Assembly (NCBI GenBank): GCA_031580995.1
Contig: JAVLCC010000005.1
Span: 379-64,378, forward strand
DNA length: 64,000 bases
Source: Microbacteriaceae bacterium
GTDB taxonomy: Bacteria > Actinomycetota > Actinomycetes > Actinomycetales > Microbacteriaceae
Direction of reading: 5' to 3'
In this document: one piece after another, positions 10,230 to 20,705 of the stretch
How the letters are laid out: each line of letters begins with the position of its first letter
Position numbering within the stretch: position 1 is the stretch's first letter
The notes under the pieces: generated by a model
Database searches by the model: none
Told to the model about the DNA's origin: nothing
What the model saw: the letters and a program-made list of their open reading frames with translations, nothing else
Position numbers and translations under genes: made by a program

Positions 10230-11453
10230 CTAGCTGATTTTTCTGATCCTGAAAAGAGCTATCCGAATAAGCATCACTGCAGCCAATAAAACAAAACCTA
10301 TAAACAACGAATCCACCGGAACTGAAAAACCAATTGCCAAACAAAACATCAAGCCAGCCAATGGCCAAATTCTTGACCTGTTGGATAAAGCTTTTGGTTG
10401 CCTGTAAGCGGCCAGGTTTGCCACTGCGTAATAGGTCAGAATTGCAAATGAACTAAGCCCCACAGTCCAAACCAGATTGCCGCTCAGCACAAACACAATC
10501 ACCACCAAACTGATGGCAATTTCTGCAAACCAGGGAGCGTTTCCAGGTCCTCCCCTGATAGCGAATAACTTGGGAAGCTCGCCATCTTCTCCCATAACCG
10601 ATGCGGTCCTGCTCATGCCGGCTAAAAGCGCCAGCAAAGAACCCAAGGATGCAATCCCAGCCACAATAATGACTATCTCCGATGGAAAGGCTGGCAGGGC
10701 TAAGGCAAGGTAATCAATCATTGGTGCAATTGAGAAAACCAAGAAGTTTCCCAAAACCGCCGGCATCAAAAAAGAAAGAGCAAGATAGATTCCAAAAACA
10801 ATCGCAAACGAGATTCCAACCGCCTTAGCAGTGTTTTTCTTGGAATCAACCAGCTCATCCCCCAGTGTTGCCACCCTTGCATACCCCGCAAAGGCAAAAA
10901 ATATCAATGCCGCGGCTGTGAGCACACCAAAGCCTTGTAACTCCGGCCCCCTGCTGATTGATTCAGTTGGGCCAGAGACGATGCCCGCAATAATCACGAA
11001 GGTCAAAAACAACACGGTAATCCCGCCAAGAATCAAAGAGCCAAAAGCTGTTCGGTTGATTCCCAGAATGTTTATTGTTGCCATGGCAATCACACTTAGA
11101 ACAGCGACCAATATCCGCTGCTCAGGAAATAGATAACTGGCAACCGCCAGGGCGATTGCTGCCGATGATGCAATCTTTCCAATGAGAAAACTACTGCCAG
11201 CCAAAAAAGCCCAGTTCTGAGTGAGATACACCTGCGCATAGCTATAGGCACCACCGGGCCTTGAAACACTTGCAGCGAGTTGTGAAACTGATGAGGCATT
11301 CAAAAAAGCAACCGTGCCCGCAATCAAAACTGACACCGGCAACAAATATCCGGCAAGTGAGGCGGCGGGGGCGAAAACGACGAAAACACCGGCACCCAGC
11401 ATGGCTGCGATACCGATAAACACCGCCTCATACAGGCGAAGTTGGTTTTTCAC
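10230..11453 (-). CDS. APC-family amino acid/polyamine permease
   Basis: 407 aa with about 12 predicted TM helices and the typical N-terminal GAGVFV motif. Substrate unknown. Confidence 0.75.
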   Translation of the reverse strand: MKNQLRLYEAVFIGIAAMLGAGVFVVFAPAASLAGYLLPVSVLIAGTVAFLNASSVSQLAASVSRPGGAYSYAQVYLTQNWAFLAGSSFLIGKIASSAAIALAVASYLFPEQRILVAVLSVIAMATINILGINRTAFGSLILGGITVLFLTFVIIAGIVSGPTESISRGPELQGFGVLTAAALIFFAFAGYARVATLGDELVDSKKNTAKAVGISFAIVFGIYLALSFLMPAVLGNFLVFSIAPMIDYLALALPAFPSEIVIIVAGIASLGSLLALLAGMSRTASVMGEDGELPKLFAIRGGPGNAPWFAEIAISLVVIVFVLSGNLVWTVGLSSFAILTYYAVANLAAYRQPKALSNRSRIWPLAGLMFCLAIGFSVPVDSLFIGFVLLAAVMLIRIALFRIRKIS

Positions 11454-11462
11454 GATTTCAGC

Positions 11463-12437
11463 TTAGGCATGGCCAGGAAACAGCGAGTTAACGCTGTCAT
11501 CGTCAAATACCGCGTAAATTGCCTTGGCAATCAGTGGTGCAATTGACAAAACAGTTAGTTGCTCAAACCGCTTATCCTGAGCGATAGGCAATGTGTCAGT
11601 GACTATCACCTCATCAAATGCCCCGCTGCTCAGTCGCTCAACTGCTGGATCACTGAACACGGCATGGGTTGCGGCAACTAAAACCCTTTTCGCTCCGTTT
11701 TCTTTCAAAGCCTGGGCTGCAGAAAGAATCGTTCCGCCAGTGTCAATCATGTCATCCACCAGCAGGCAGTCTCTGCCCTCTACATCTCCAACTAGCTCGT
11801 GCACCTGCACCTGGTTGGGTCTATCTGGGTCCCGACGCTTGTGGATGATAGCCAAAGGTGAACTAAGTCGGTCAGCCCAAATATCGGCAACCCGCACACG
11901 ACCAGAATCTGGAGAGACAACAGTTAGGTTTTCAGTTCCATACTGCTCTGCAACATAATCAGCCATCAATGGAAGCGCCCAAAGGTGATCAACCGGTCCT
12001 TCAAAAAAACCTTGAATCTGTGGTGAGTGTAAATCGACGCTCATAAGCCTGTTAGCGCCAGCCTTGTGATACAAATCTGTCATCAATCGGGCTGAGATTG
12101 GCTCGCGACCCTTGTGTTTTTTGTCTTGTCTTGCATAGGGGAAAAATGGAGCGACCACCGTGATTCTCTTGGCACTTGCTCGCTTGAGTGCATCCACCAT
12201 CAATAACTGCTCCATCACCCAGTGATTGATTGGGTTGGGATGAGCTTGGATGACAAAAGCATCAACACCGCGAACAGATTGTTCAAAGCGGACAAAAGTC
12301 TCTCCGTTTGCAAAATCGTAATTTTGCATGGGAACTATTTCAGTTCCCAACAACCTTGCAACTTCCTCGGCTAATTCTGGGTGGGCCCTTCCTGTGGCAA
12401 GAATCATCTGCTTTGAGTTTGATTTTACGACGCCCAT
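11463..12437 (-). CDS. prs: Ribose-phosphate pyrophosphokinase
   Basis: 324 aa. Contains the PRPP-binding loop CLLVDDMIDTGGT and the APFFPYARQDKK motif. glmU-prs synteny supports the call. Confidence 0.96.
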   Translation of the reverse strand: MGVVKSNSKQMILATGRAHPELAEEVARLLGTEIVPMQNYDFANGETFVRFEQSVRGVDAFVIQAHPNPINHWVMEQLLMVDALKRASAKRITVVAPFFPYARQDKKHKGREPISARLMTDLYHKAGANRLMSVDLHSPQIQGFFEGPVDHLWALPLMADYVAEQYGTENLTVVSPDSGRVRVADIWADRLSSPLAIIHKRRDPDRPNQVQVHELVGDVEGRDCLLVDDMIDTGGTILSAAQALKENGAKRVLVAATHAVFSDPAVERLSSGAFDEVIVTDTLPIAQDKRFEQLTVLSIAPLIAKAIYAVFDDDSVNSLFPGHA

Positions 12438-12442
12438 AACCG

Positions 12443-13837
12443 CTACTTTCCTTTGGCTTGTTTAGCTGAGAGTGAATCAGGTCTGTTTGCCAGCACCCAA
12501 CCGGCAATAGCTCTCTGCGGTGAGTGATTCATTGCTAGGTCCCCGGATTTCACGTCTTTGCGTATCACCGTACCAGCTGCTGTGTAACTTCCTGAATTTA
12601 TAGTCACGGGAGCGACGAAAACATTTCCCGCTCCGGTTTTCACGTGGTCGCCAACAACTGTTTTGTGTTTGTTGACCCCGTCATAGTTTGCAAAGATCGT
12701 TCCAGCACCGATGTTCACTCCCTCACCAATTACTGCATCACCGACATAGGTCAGGTGAGGAACTTTAGAACCCTGTCCAATAATCGAATTCTTTGTCTCA
12801 ACAAAAGCTCCGATTTTGCCATCTGCTGACAATCTGGTGCCGGCTCTTAAAAACGCAAAAGGTCCAACACTGGATCTGTCATCAATCACCGAGGAGGTTA
12901 TGTCAGAGCTTTTGATACTCACATTCGAACCTATGGCTGCATCGGTGATCACTGAACCCGAACCAACAGTTGAAGCTGTCCCAATGGAGGTGCTCCCCCG
13001 AAGCTGAACGTTTGGCTCAATAGCCACGTCCTCCCCAAGCTGGACTGTCACATCCAACCATGTTGATGAAGGGTCAATAACCGTCACCCCGCTTAGTTGC
13101 CATGCTTTGATGATTCTGCTGTTCAGTTCGTGAGCTACCTCTGATAACTGCACCCGGTCATTGATTCCCGCAACCAGCCAGTTATCTATTACTTCCACAG
13201 AACTCACCTCTTCCGCCTGAGAGACAACATCTGTTAGATATTTTTCTGACTGTGAATTGTTGGTGTTCAATTGCTTCAAGGCTGATGCCAAAAAATCAGA
13301 GTCAAACACATAAACGCCTGCGTTTATTTGGTTGATCTTCAATTGCTCTTCAGAGCAATCTCTATCTTCAATGATTGAAAGCTTTTTGCCTTTTTGAATC
13401 ACCCGACCATAACCCTCGGGGTTATCAACTGTTGCCGTGAGCAAAGACACTTTGGCTTTTGATTCGATGTGGGTATCAACCAGTGAATTCAAGGTTTGAA
13501 CATCCATTAGTGGAACATCACCACTAAGAACAACAACCGCTCCTTTGAAATCAGTCAATGCCTGCATTGCCGATTCAACAGCTGCCCCAGTTCCTGGCAT
13601 ATCTGACTGGGTTATAAATTCAACATCATCGCTAATGCCCTCTAAAGCTTGCTCAATTTTTTCTTGTTGATGTTTCAAAACAGTGACCAGTCTTGCTGGT
13701 TGCAACGCTCTGGCAGTGGCAAGAACGTGTTCAATCAAAGTTAGACCCGCAAGCTGATGCAAAACCTTCGGGGTTGAGGATTTCATTCGAGTGCCGTTTC
13801 CAGCAGCGAGCACTACAACAGCTAGATGCTTATTCAT
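12443..13837 (-). CDS. glmU: Bifunctional UDP-N-acetylglucosamine pyrophosphorylase / GlcN-1-P N-acetyltransferase
   Basis: Contains LAAGNGTRMKS and C-terminal left-handed beta-helix hexapeptide repeats. The second ATG (13837) is preceded by GAGGAG, so I prefer it over the track start at 13849. Confidence 0.95.
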   Translation of the reverse strand: MNKHLAVVVLAAGNGTRMKSSTPKVLHQLAGLTLIEHVLATARALQPARLVTVLKHQQEKIEQALEGISDDVEFITQSDMPGTGAAVESAMQALTDFKGAVVVLSGDVPLMDVQTLNSLVDTHIESKAKVSLLTATVDNPEGYGRVIQKGKKLSIIEDRDCSEEQLKINQINAGVYVFDSDFLASALKQLNTNNSQSEKYLTDVVSQAEEVSSVEVIDNWLVAGINDRVQLSEVAHELNSRIIKAWQLSGVTVIDPSSTWLDVTVQLGEDVAIEPNVQLRGSTSIGTASTVGSGSVITDAAIGSNVSIKSSDITSSVIDDRSSVGPFAFLRAGTRLSADGKIGAFVETKNSIIGQGSKVPHLTYVGDAVIGEGVNIGAGTIFANYDGVNKHKTVVGDHVKTGAGNVFVAPVTINSGSYTAAGTVIRKDVKSGDLAMNHSPQRAIAGWVLANRPDSLSAKQAKGK

Positions 13838-13858
13838 AGCACTCCTCATAGTCCCGCG

Positions 13859-13930
13859 CTCCGCCCCTAGGATTCGAACCTAGACCTAACGCCTCCAAAG
13901 AGCGCCGTGCTGCCATTACACTAGGGCGGA
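13859..13930 (-). tRNA. tRNA-Gln (anticodon TTG)
   Basis: Hand-folded cloverleaf on the minus strand. Acceptor stem is TCCGCCC/GGGCGGA, anticodon loop CTTTGGA, T arm CTAGG-TTCGAAT-CCTAG. CCA is not encoded. Confidence 0.9.
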
Positions 13931-13977
13931 ACGGGATATCTCCCGCACACAGTTTGCCAGAAAATCCGCTCAAAGTT

Positions 13978-15738
13978 TCATTCTGCGAGCTTTTCGGAGA
14001 CAATCAGCCACTGATCTTCAATGCTCGAAAGTTGTTCGGTGAGCTGATTCAACTGTTTCCCCATCTCAGCTAACTGTTGATAATCATCAACAGAAACAGC
14101 CGACATGGCTTGCTCGTGGTTTTCAATTTCTGCAGTTATTTTTTCGATTTTCCTAGAAAGACTTGCCTGTTCTTTTTCCAAGTTTCGCTTTTCAGCGCCA
14201 CTAAGACCCTTTGGTTTTTTGGTGGTTTTTGTGCCAATTTCGGTTTTAGGTTTTTTCAACTGCAGATACTGCTCCACCCCACCGGGCAGATGCCTTAGGT
14301 TGCCATCTCCCAAAATCGCATACTGATTATCTGTTACTCGCTCCAATAAATATCTGTCGTGGCTTATGACAATCAATGTTCCAGGCCAAGAATCCAGCAG
14401 GTCTTCCATGGCCGCCAGCATGTCTGTGTCCAAATCGTTTGTTGGCTCATCCAAAATCAAAACATTTGGCTCTCTAAATAACAGCCTCATCAATTGCAGT
14501 CTTCTTTTTTGCCCACCGGAGAGATCCCCAACAGGTGCCTGCAGTTGCTGTTGTGAAAAACCAAGTTGTTCTAATAGTTGCCCTGGTGAAAATTCTTTTT
14601 TGCCAACCGAAAAGGTGGTTTTCTCGCGAGAAATAATCGAATAGATTCGCTCATCTGCCAGCTCGTCTAATTCATCTAGGTTTTGACTCAAAACAGCCAT
14701 GTTCACTGTCTTTCCAAGCTTTACTCTTCCCTGATCAGGTTCCAGTTCCCCAGTTATCAGTTTCGTGAAAGTTGTTTTTCCGGAGCCATTTGCTCCCAAA
14801 AGACCAATTCGATCCCCTGCTCCCAAGATCAGTTCGATGTTTTCAAAGATGTCACTAAAACCCAGATGTTCAATCTCGATGACATCTTTTCCCAAACGCG
14901 TCGTTGCTAATTTTTTGAGCTCCAACTGATCTCTTGGTGGTGGTTCATTAGAAATCAATTCATTGGCGGCATCGATTCGAAACTTGGGCTTAGTGGTCCT
15001 TGCCGGTGCTCCGCGCCTGAGCCAGGCAAGTTCTTTTCTAAGCAGGTTTTGTCTTCTGGATTCACTTGCCGCTGCCTGCCTATCCCGCTCAGCACGCTGA
15101 AGAATATAAGCGGCATAGCCACCTTCGAAGCTATCCAACCCTCCTGGATGCACCTCCCAGGTTTGGGTGCAGACTTCATCTAAAAACCATCTATCGTGGG
15201 TGACGACCAGCAATCCGCCTTGGGATTTAGGCCAGCGGTTTTTCAAATGCCCACTAAGCCAATAAACAGCATCTAAATCCAAATGGTTGGTTGGTTCATC
15301 CAACATCAACACATCCCAATCGCCAATCAACAGCTTGGCAAGATTCACTCTTCGGCGCTGACCACCAGAGAGACGATTCATTTGTGAATCAAAGTCAATA
15401 TCTGAAATCAACCCATCGATGACATCTCTGATTTTTGGATCACTGGCCCATTCGTATTCAGCCATCTCTCCAATGACCACATCTTTCACGGTTGATTCCA
15501 AATAAATGTCATCCCGCTGATCCATGAATCCAATTCGGGTGTTGCCCCTGAGCGTCACCTGACCACTATCGGGGGTTAGATTGCTTGCCAAAATATTCAT
15601 CAGCGTGGATTTGCCATCACCGTTTCGACCAACAATTCCGATTCGGTCTCCCGCTGCAATTCCAACGGTTAGATTTTCAAAAAGAGTTTTTGTTGGGTAG
15701 TCAAGCGAGATGTTTTCAGCACCAATCAGGTGACTCAT
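13978..15738 (-). CDS. ABC-F family ATPase (two ABC domains plus C-terminal coiled coil, Uup-like)
   Basis: 586 aa. Has two Walker A motifs (GRNGDGKST, GANGSGKTT), two LSGGQ signatures and no TM domain. Confidence 0.9.
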   Translation of the reverse strand: MSHLIGAENISLDYPTKTLFENLTVGIAAGDRIGIVGRNGDGKSTLMNILASNLTPDSGQVTLRGNTRIGFMDQRDDIYLESTVKDVVIGEMAEYEWASDPKIRDVIDGLISDIDFDSQMNRLSGGQRRRVNLAKLLIGDWDVLMLDEPTNHLDLDAVYWLSGHLKNRWPKSQGGLLVVTHDRWFLDEVCTQTWEVHPGGLDSFEGGYAAYILQRAERDRQAAASESRRQNLLRKELAWLRRGAPARTTKPKFRIDAANELISNEPPPRDQLELKKLATTRLGKDVIEIEHLGFSDIFENIELILGAGDRIGLLGANGSGKTTFTKLITGELEPDQGRVKLGKTVNMAVLSQNLDELDELADERIYSIISREKTTFSVGKKEFSPGQLLEQLGFSQQQLQAPVGDLSGGQKRRLQLMRLLFREPNVLILDEPTNDLDTDMLAAMEDLLDSWPGTLIVISHDRYLLERVTDNQYAILGDGNLRHLPGGVEQYLQLKKPKTEIGTKTTKKPKGLSGAEKRNLEKEQASLSRKIEKITAEIENHEQAMSAVSVDDYQQLAEMGKQLNQLTEQLSSIEDQWLIVSEKLAE

Positions 15739-16589
15739 TCGCCTAGCCTCGCTCCTGGCTGATCGCCCGTTGTCAAAACCCAGCTAAATTCACTCTCCTG
15801 CAAACTGCTAATCAGTGTTGCATCTGGTTCCCAGAAATAAACACTCGGTCCACTGCCACTAATAAACCCACCCAGCTCAATAAGCTCTGCTAGTTCTGGC
15901 ATCATCCCAACAGCTGGTTCGGTCAGATCATTTTGGCCAAGTTGGGTGGGTTTCTCGCCTAGTTTCAAATCCTCGAAAAAATCGCTTCCTGGAATTCGGA
16001 GCTGTATTTCTTGCAGGTTTTCTCTTAGCTGATCTAGATAAGCAAAAGATTCTCTGGTTGAAATTCCTTTATTTGGGTAAGCAATTAGATACTCGGCCTG
16101 GTGGGCATCAATTGGCTCCAATTCCACTCCGCTGCCAGAACCCAAAGCGGTTCCGCCAAGTAGTGAGAATGGAACATCCGCTCCAATATTGGAGGCAATT
16201 GAATGCAAATCTGAATCAGTTTCAAATAGCCTCTGCAAATTAATCAAGGTAGCTGCTGCATCAGCACTTCCCCCAGCAAGGCCAGCAGCTACCGGGATAT
16301 GTTTTTCTATCTGAATACTCAGTGGCACTGAATCCAACTGGTTGTATTCAAAAAACTCTCTAGCTGCTAAAAAGCAGATATTGCTCTGATCTGTTGGCAC
16401 CGAATCCAGCTGTTGCTGATTGAGGTTGCCATGAACAAAAAGACTGTTTTGATCTGAGATTTCGATAGTGACTATGTCTCGAAGCCCGATGGCCTGATAA
16501 ACACTGTAAACATCGTGGTAACCATCGTCCCTGACTCTTCCAACAGAGAAAAACAGGTTAATTTTCCCCGGAGCACTGGCAGAAATCAT
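15735..16589 (-). CDS. ispE: 4-diphosphocytidyl-2-C-methyl-D-erythritol kinase
   Basis: 284 aa. Contains APGKINLF and the GHMP kinase motif PVAAGLAGGSADAAA. rsmA-ispE synteny supports the call. Confidence 0.9.
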   Translation of the reverse strand: MISASAPGKINLFFSVGRVRDDGYHDVYSVYQAIGLRDIVTIEISDQNSLFVHGNLNQQQLDSVPTDQSNICFLAAREFFEYNQLDSVPLSIQIEKHIPVAAGLAGGSADAAATLINLQRLFETDSDLHSIASNIGADVPFSLLGGTALGSGSGVELEPIDAHQAEYLIAYPNKGISTRESFAYLDQLRENLQEIQLRIPGSDFFEDLKLGEKPTQLGQNDLTEPAVGMMPELAELIELGGFISGSGPSVYFWEPDATLISSLQESEFSWVLTTGDQPGARLGE

Positions 16590-17398
16590 TTATCCAGCCT
16601 AGCGAGATTTAGAAATTCGCTGAGCGACAATTGCTCTGGTCTGGCATTGGGTTGAATACCTGCTTTTTCCAAAGCGTCTGTGACCGGATAGCTAAAACTA
16701 GTTTTCAGAGATGCAGCGAGGGATTTTCTTCTGGTTCCAAAAGATTTATCAATTAGTTCAAATGTTCGCCTTCGATCACCTTTGGTTTCAACTTTTTCAA
16801 AATAAACCAACTCGCTGTCAACATTTGGAACCGGCCAAAAAATCTGCCTGGAGACCCCGCCTGCAAGCCTCGCATTCGCCCACCAAGCCAGTTTCAAACT
16901 TGGTATCCCGTATTCGTCATCATTGGGCTTTGCAACCAACCGCCTTGCAACCTCGGATTGAACCAAAACCAGCCCTTTTTGAATTGAGGGAAAGCTTTCT
17001 AAAAAGTGTAAAAGCACCGGAACGGAGATGTTGTAGGGAAGGTTTGCAACCAAGGCTTGCGATTGAGGAATATCGGTGATTTTCAAAGCATCCGCATTTA
17101 TCACCTGAAGGTGTTTGCCAGTGGTGTGTTTTTGAACCGTTTCTGGCAATAAAGATGCCAGCCGCGAGTCAATCTCAACTGCCACCACCGAATCCACCTG
17201 CTCAAATAACCCAAGCGTCAAAGACCCAAGCCCTGGGCCAATCTCAACTACCTGTTCAGAACCATCAAGATTTGCCTTGGAGATAATTTTTCGAATTGTA
17301 TTTGGATCAATCACAAAATTTTGTCCAAGCTTTTTAGTGGGCTTAATATCCAAGCTCTCTGCGAGTTGCCGAATTTCAGATGCACCCAAAAGGCTCAT
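16586..17398 (-). CDS. rsmA: 16S rRNA (adenine1518/1519-N6)-dimethyltransferase
   Basis: 270 aa. Contains KKLGQNFVIDPN, the SAM-binding motif VVEIGPGLGSLT and NLPYNIS. Confidence 0.93.
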   Translation of the reverse strand: MSLLGASEIRQLAESLDIKPTKKLGQNFVIDPNTIRKIISKANLDGSEQVVEIGPGLGSLTLGLFEQVDSVVAVEIDSRLASLLPETVQKHTTGKHLQVINADALKITDIPQSQALVANLPYNISVPVLLHFLESFPSIQKGLVLVQSEVARRLVAKPNDDEYGIPSLKLAWWANARLAGGVSRQIFWPVPNVDSELVYFEKVETKGDRRRTFELIDKSFGTRRKSLAASLKTSFSYPVTDALEKAGIQPNARPEQLSLSEFLNLARLDK

Positions 17399-18271
17399 CT
17401 ATTTATCCCATGATCCATAAACACCCAAGGTGTTTGCATTTATCTCAGATGCCAGTTGCTCGGGGCTAATTTCGGCCAAAAAAGCCAGATAGCGAAGAGT
17501 GTGGGGAACTAGGTAGGGAGCATTTGGCCTACCTCGAATTGGCTCCGGGGCCAAAAAAGGTGCATCTGTTTCAATTAGTCGCAGCGAGCTATCGGCAACC
17601 AAGAAAGACTCTTGCAGGTGAGTGTTTTTCTTAAAGGTGACATTTCCTGCAAATGACATATACCAACCGTTTTCATTGCAAATCCTCGCAAGCTCAACAT
17701 CTCCCGAATAGCAGTGGAAAACAGTTTTTTCTGGGGCACCCACCCGTTTGAGAGTTTCAACAACGTCAGCGTGAGCATCACGATCATGAATCTGCATGGC
17801 TATGTTGTTTTGCTTCGCAATTTCGATATGCCATTCAAAGCTTTGGCTTTGTAGCTCTAAATCTTTTTCACCCTCTGTGCGGAAATAATCCAAACCTGTC
17901 TCACCAATTGCGCGGACTCTTTCCTGGGTTGCAAGTTCGGCAATTTCAGCTACCGCCCCCTCTAATTCCTGATTCGATCCATAAAGTGGTGCTTCATTGG
18001 GATGCAGTGCGACGGCAGCCAATAATTCGGGGTGATTTGAAGCGGCCTCAGCTGACCATTTGGAGCTTTCCAAAGTGACACCGACTTGAACAGCTCCTAG
18101 CATGCCGGATTTCTTCATGGCCTCAATTTGCTGGCTCACGCTCAGCGGGTTGTCACTGTCGGCTATTTCTAAATGAGTGTGGTTATCAAAAGTTCCCAAA
18201 ACCAAAGGCTCTGGAATTTCAGGGTATTCGCGAGGCTTTGGCTGTTTCCGAGTTCTTATCGGATCGGTCAT
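17399..18271 (-). CDS. TatD-family metal-dependent hydrolase/DNase
   Basis: 290 aa. Contains DNHTHLE, GETGLDY and HCYSGD motifs. metG-tatD synteny supports the call. Confidence 0.88.
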   Translation of the reverse strand: MTDPIRTRKQPKPREYPEIPEPLVLGTFDNHTHLEIADSDNPLSVSQQIEAMKKSGMLGAVQVGVTLESSKWSAEAASNHPELLAAVALHPNEAPLYGSNQELEGAVAEIAELATQERVRAIGETGLDYFRTEGEKDLELQSQSFEWHIEIAKQNNIAMQIHDRDAHADVVETLKRVGAPEKTVFHCYSGDVELARICNENGWYMSFAGNVTFKKNTHLQESFLVADSSLRLIETDAPFLAPEPIRGRPNAPYLVPHTLRYLAFLAEISPEQLASEINANTLGVYGSWDK

Positions 18272-19839
18272 TCCTGCTCAATCCTTGGAAATAGGCTTTC
18301 AAGCTTTGCAAACTCAATTCCTGCTGGCAATCCACCCCACTGAGCAGCATCGGCAATTGTTTGCTCTGAAAGGTCTTTGCCTGGCCAGATGCTTGCAAAC
18401 AGCTTCGCGGTGGCCTTTGGCATGATTGGTGCCAACAGCACCGAAAGGATTCTCAAACCCTCAGCCGATGAAAACAAAATTGTCGCCAAACGGTCTTTTT
18501 GAGCATCATCCTTGGCAACCTTCCACGGCTCCTGCTGGGTGATGTAGTTATTCAGCTCATCAACCAGTGTCCAACTGGCAGCAATTGCCTCGTGAATTGC
18601 TCCGCGATCCATTGCCCTGTCGGCATTTAACGCTGCTGCCTGAGCGATGGCAATTAGCTGCTTTTCGGGCTCTGTGTAATCAGTGGCTGCGGGCAATTTG
18701 GATTCGAAGTATTTATCAACCATGCTCACAACACGACTGGCGAGGTTTCCAAAACCATTGGCAAGCTCCGCTTGATATCTGGCTGAAAGGTCTTCCCAAC
18801 TGAATGAACCATCAGATCCAAAAGAGATTGCCCTCATGAAGTAATAGCGGAAGGCATCGGAACCAAACACGTCTGTTATTTGCTCCGGGGCAATTCCTGT
18901 GAGTTTGGATTTACTCATCTTTTCGCCACCAACCAACAACCAGCCGTGACCAAATATTTGCTTGGGGGGTTCTAAACCGGCAGCCATCAGCATCGCCGGC
19001 CAAATAACAGCGTGGAATCTCAAGATGTCTTTTCCAACCACCTGCACATCAGCTGGCCAATAGCGATCTAATAAGGCTTCGTCATCTCCATAACCGAGTG
19101 CTGTTATGTAATTCAATAAAGCATCGAACCAAACATAGGTAACGTGTGAATCATCCCAGGGAATATCAACTCCCCAGTCAAATTTCTCTTTTGAGCGAGA
19201 GATTGAAAGATCCTCAAGACCTCTTGAGACAAAAGAAACAACTTCGTTTTTAGCACTCTCCGGCTGCACAAAATCAGCCTGTGATTTATAAAGATCTAAA
19301 AGTGGTTTCTGAAATTCGCTGAGCTTGAAAAAATAGTTGGTCTCATTCAGGGTCTCAACTGGTTTTGAGTGAATGGCACAGACTTTGGTCCCTGCATACT
19401 CGCCTTCGCCATCGACTAAATCGCTGTCCGCTTTATATTCTTCACACCCCACGCAGTAGTTTCCCTGGTAGCTTCCCTGATAGATAAATCCATCGTCATA
19501 AAGCTTCTGCAGAAACTTCTGAACTGCGAGTTTGTGTCTTTCCTCAGTGGTTCTAATGAAGTCTTGATTGTCGATGTCAATTGTTTCCAAAAGCGGAAGC
19601 CAAGAGCCATTGACCAGGTTGTCGGTCCACTCTTGAGCCTCAGTTTGATTGGCTATCGCAGTTCTTAGAACTTTCTCTCCGTGCTCGTCAGTTCCTGTCA
19701 GCAAGTATGCATCTTGACCGCGCTGGCGGTGCCATCTGGTGAGCACATCAGCTGCCACTTCTGTGTAGGCGTGACCGATGTGCGGAGCATCATTCACATA
19801 GAAAATGGGCGTGGTTGCATAAAAGGTTTTTTCTGACAC
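18268..19839 (-). CDS. metG: Methionine--tRNA ligase
   Basis: Contains the HIGH motif (APHIGHAY) and the KMSKS motif. GTG at 19839 (VSEKTFYATTPIFYVN) is preferred over the track start at 19911, which would overlap the rsmI 3' end. Confidence 0.93.
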   Translation of the reverse strand: MSEKTFYATTPIFYVNDAPHIGHAYTEVAADVLTRWHRQRGQDAYLLTGTDEHGEKVLRTAIANQTEAQEWTDNLVNGSWLPLLETIDIDNQDFIRTTEERHKLAVQKFLQKLYDDGFIYQGSYQGNYCVGCEEYKADSDLVDGEGEYAGTKVCAIHSKPVETLNETNYFFKLSEFQKPLLDLYKSQADFVQPESAKNEVVSFVSRGLEDLSISRSKEKFDWGVDIPWDDSHVTYVWFDALLNYITALGYGDDEALLDRYWPADVQVVGKDILRFHAVIWPAMLMAAGLEPPKQIFGHGWLLVGGEKMSKSKLTGIAPEQITDVFGSDAFRYYFMRAISFGSDGSFSWEDLSARYQAELANGFGNLASRVVSMVDKYFESKLPAATDYTEPEKQLIAIAQAAALNADRAMDRGAIHEAIAASWTLVDELNNYITQQEPWKVAKDDAQKDRLATILFSSAEGLRILSVLLAPIMPKATAKLFASIWPGKDLSEQTIADAAQWGGLPAGIEFAKLESLFPRIEQE

Positions 19840-19849
19840 GAGCCCAATC

Positions 19850-20665
19850 TTACTTTTTCTCAGCCAATGCCCGTTGATAAAGCTCACGCTTTGATCCGCC
19901 GAAGTTTTCACTGACCTCGTTTGAGGCCTGCTTCAACCCCATTCCAGACTCAACAAGCTGTAACACTTTTCCAACCAAAAACTCATAATCTAACTCTTTG
20001 GATTGATTACCAGAGATCACCAGTACCATTTCTCCTCTTGGGTTTTTGGCAATCTCTTCAGAGATTTCACTGAGTGTTCCAGTGATTGTCTCTTCAAACA
20101 TTTTCGTGAGCTCTCTGGAAACACTTGCCTGCCTGTCTCCCAAAACTTCAATTGCTGCCTCTAGTGAATCAACCATCCTTGCAGCGGTTTCAAAAAACAC
20201 CATTGTTCGCAATTCTTCTGTCAAAGATTCAAAAAACTCTTTTTTCTCAGCGAGTTTTTTAGGGATAAAACCTTCAAAGCAAAACCTGTCGGTTGGCAAT
20301 CCGCTGACAGCCAATGCCGACAACACAGCACTTGGTCCCGCAATGCTAATCACCTCAACCTCTTGGTTGTGACACTCCCTGACCAGGTTGAAACCGGGGT
20401 CAGAGATTGTTGGCATTCCAGCATCACTAACCAAAACCACCTTCATGGTTTTTGCCTGCTGAGCTATGCGTTGAACCTGCTCACGTTCATTGGTGTCATT
20501 CAGAGAAATCACCTTGGCTTTTAATTTCACACCAATTCCGCTTGCCAATTGCTTTAGTTTTCTGGTGTCCTCGGCTGCAATTAGATCCGCTTCAGTCAAA
20601 GTGGTTCTGAGTCTGTCTGAAGCATCACTAAGATTGCCTATTGGGGTTGCAGTGACGAAAAGCAT
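19850..20665 (-). CDS. rsmI: 16S rRNA (cytidine1402-2'-O)-methyltransferase
   Basis: 271 aa. Begins LFVTATPIGNLSDAS, contains AEDTR, and has the tetrapyrrole-methylase fold typical of RsmI. Confidence 0.88.
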   Translation of the reverse strand: MLFVTATPIGNLSDASDRLRTTLTEADLIAAEDTRKLKQLASGIGVKLKAKVISLNDTNEREQVQRIAQQAKTMKVVLVSDAGMPTISDPGFNLVRECHNQEVEVISIAGPSAVLSALAVSGLPTDRFCFEGFIPKKLAEKKEFFESLTEELRTMVFFETAARMVDSLEAAIEVLGDRQASVSRELTKMFEETITGTLSEISEEIAKNPRGEMVLVISGNQSKELDYEFLVGKVLQLVESGMGLKQASNEVSENFGGSKRELYQRALAEKK

Positions 20666-20705
20666 GAACCAAGCTTAGGTCCCCCGCTAGTGTCACGAGG
20701 TTTGA

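Noticed and set aside
10153-10368. 71-aa minus-strand ORF spanning the rplY / permease gap
   Set aside because: It overlaps the 3' end of the APC permease gene in another frame and has no SD or motif.
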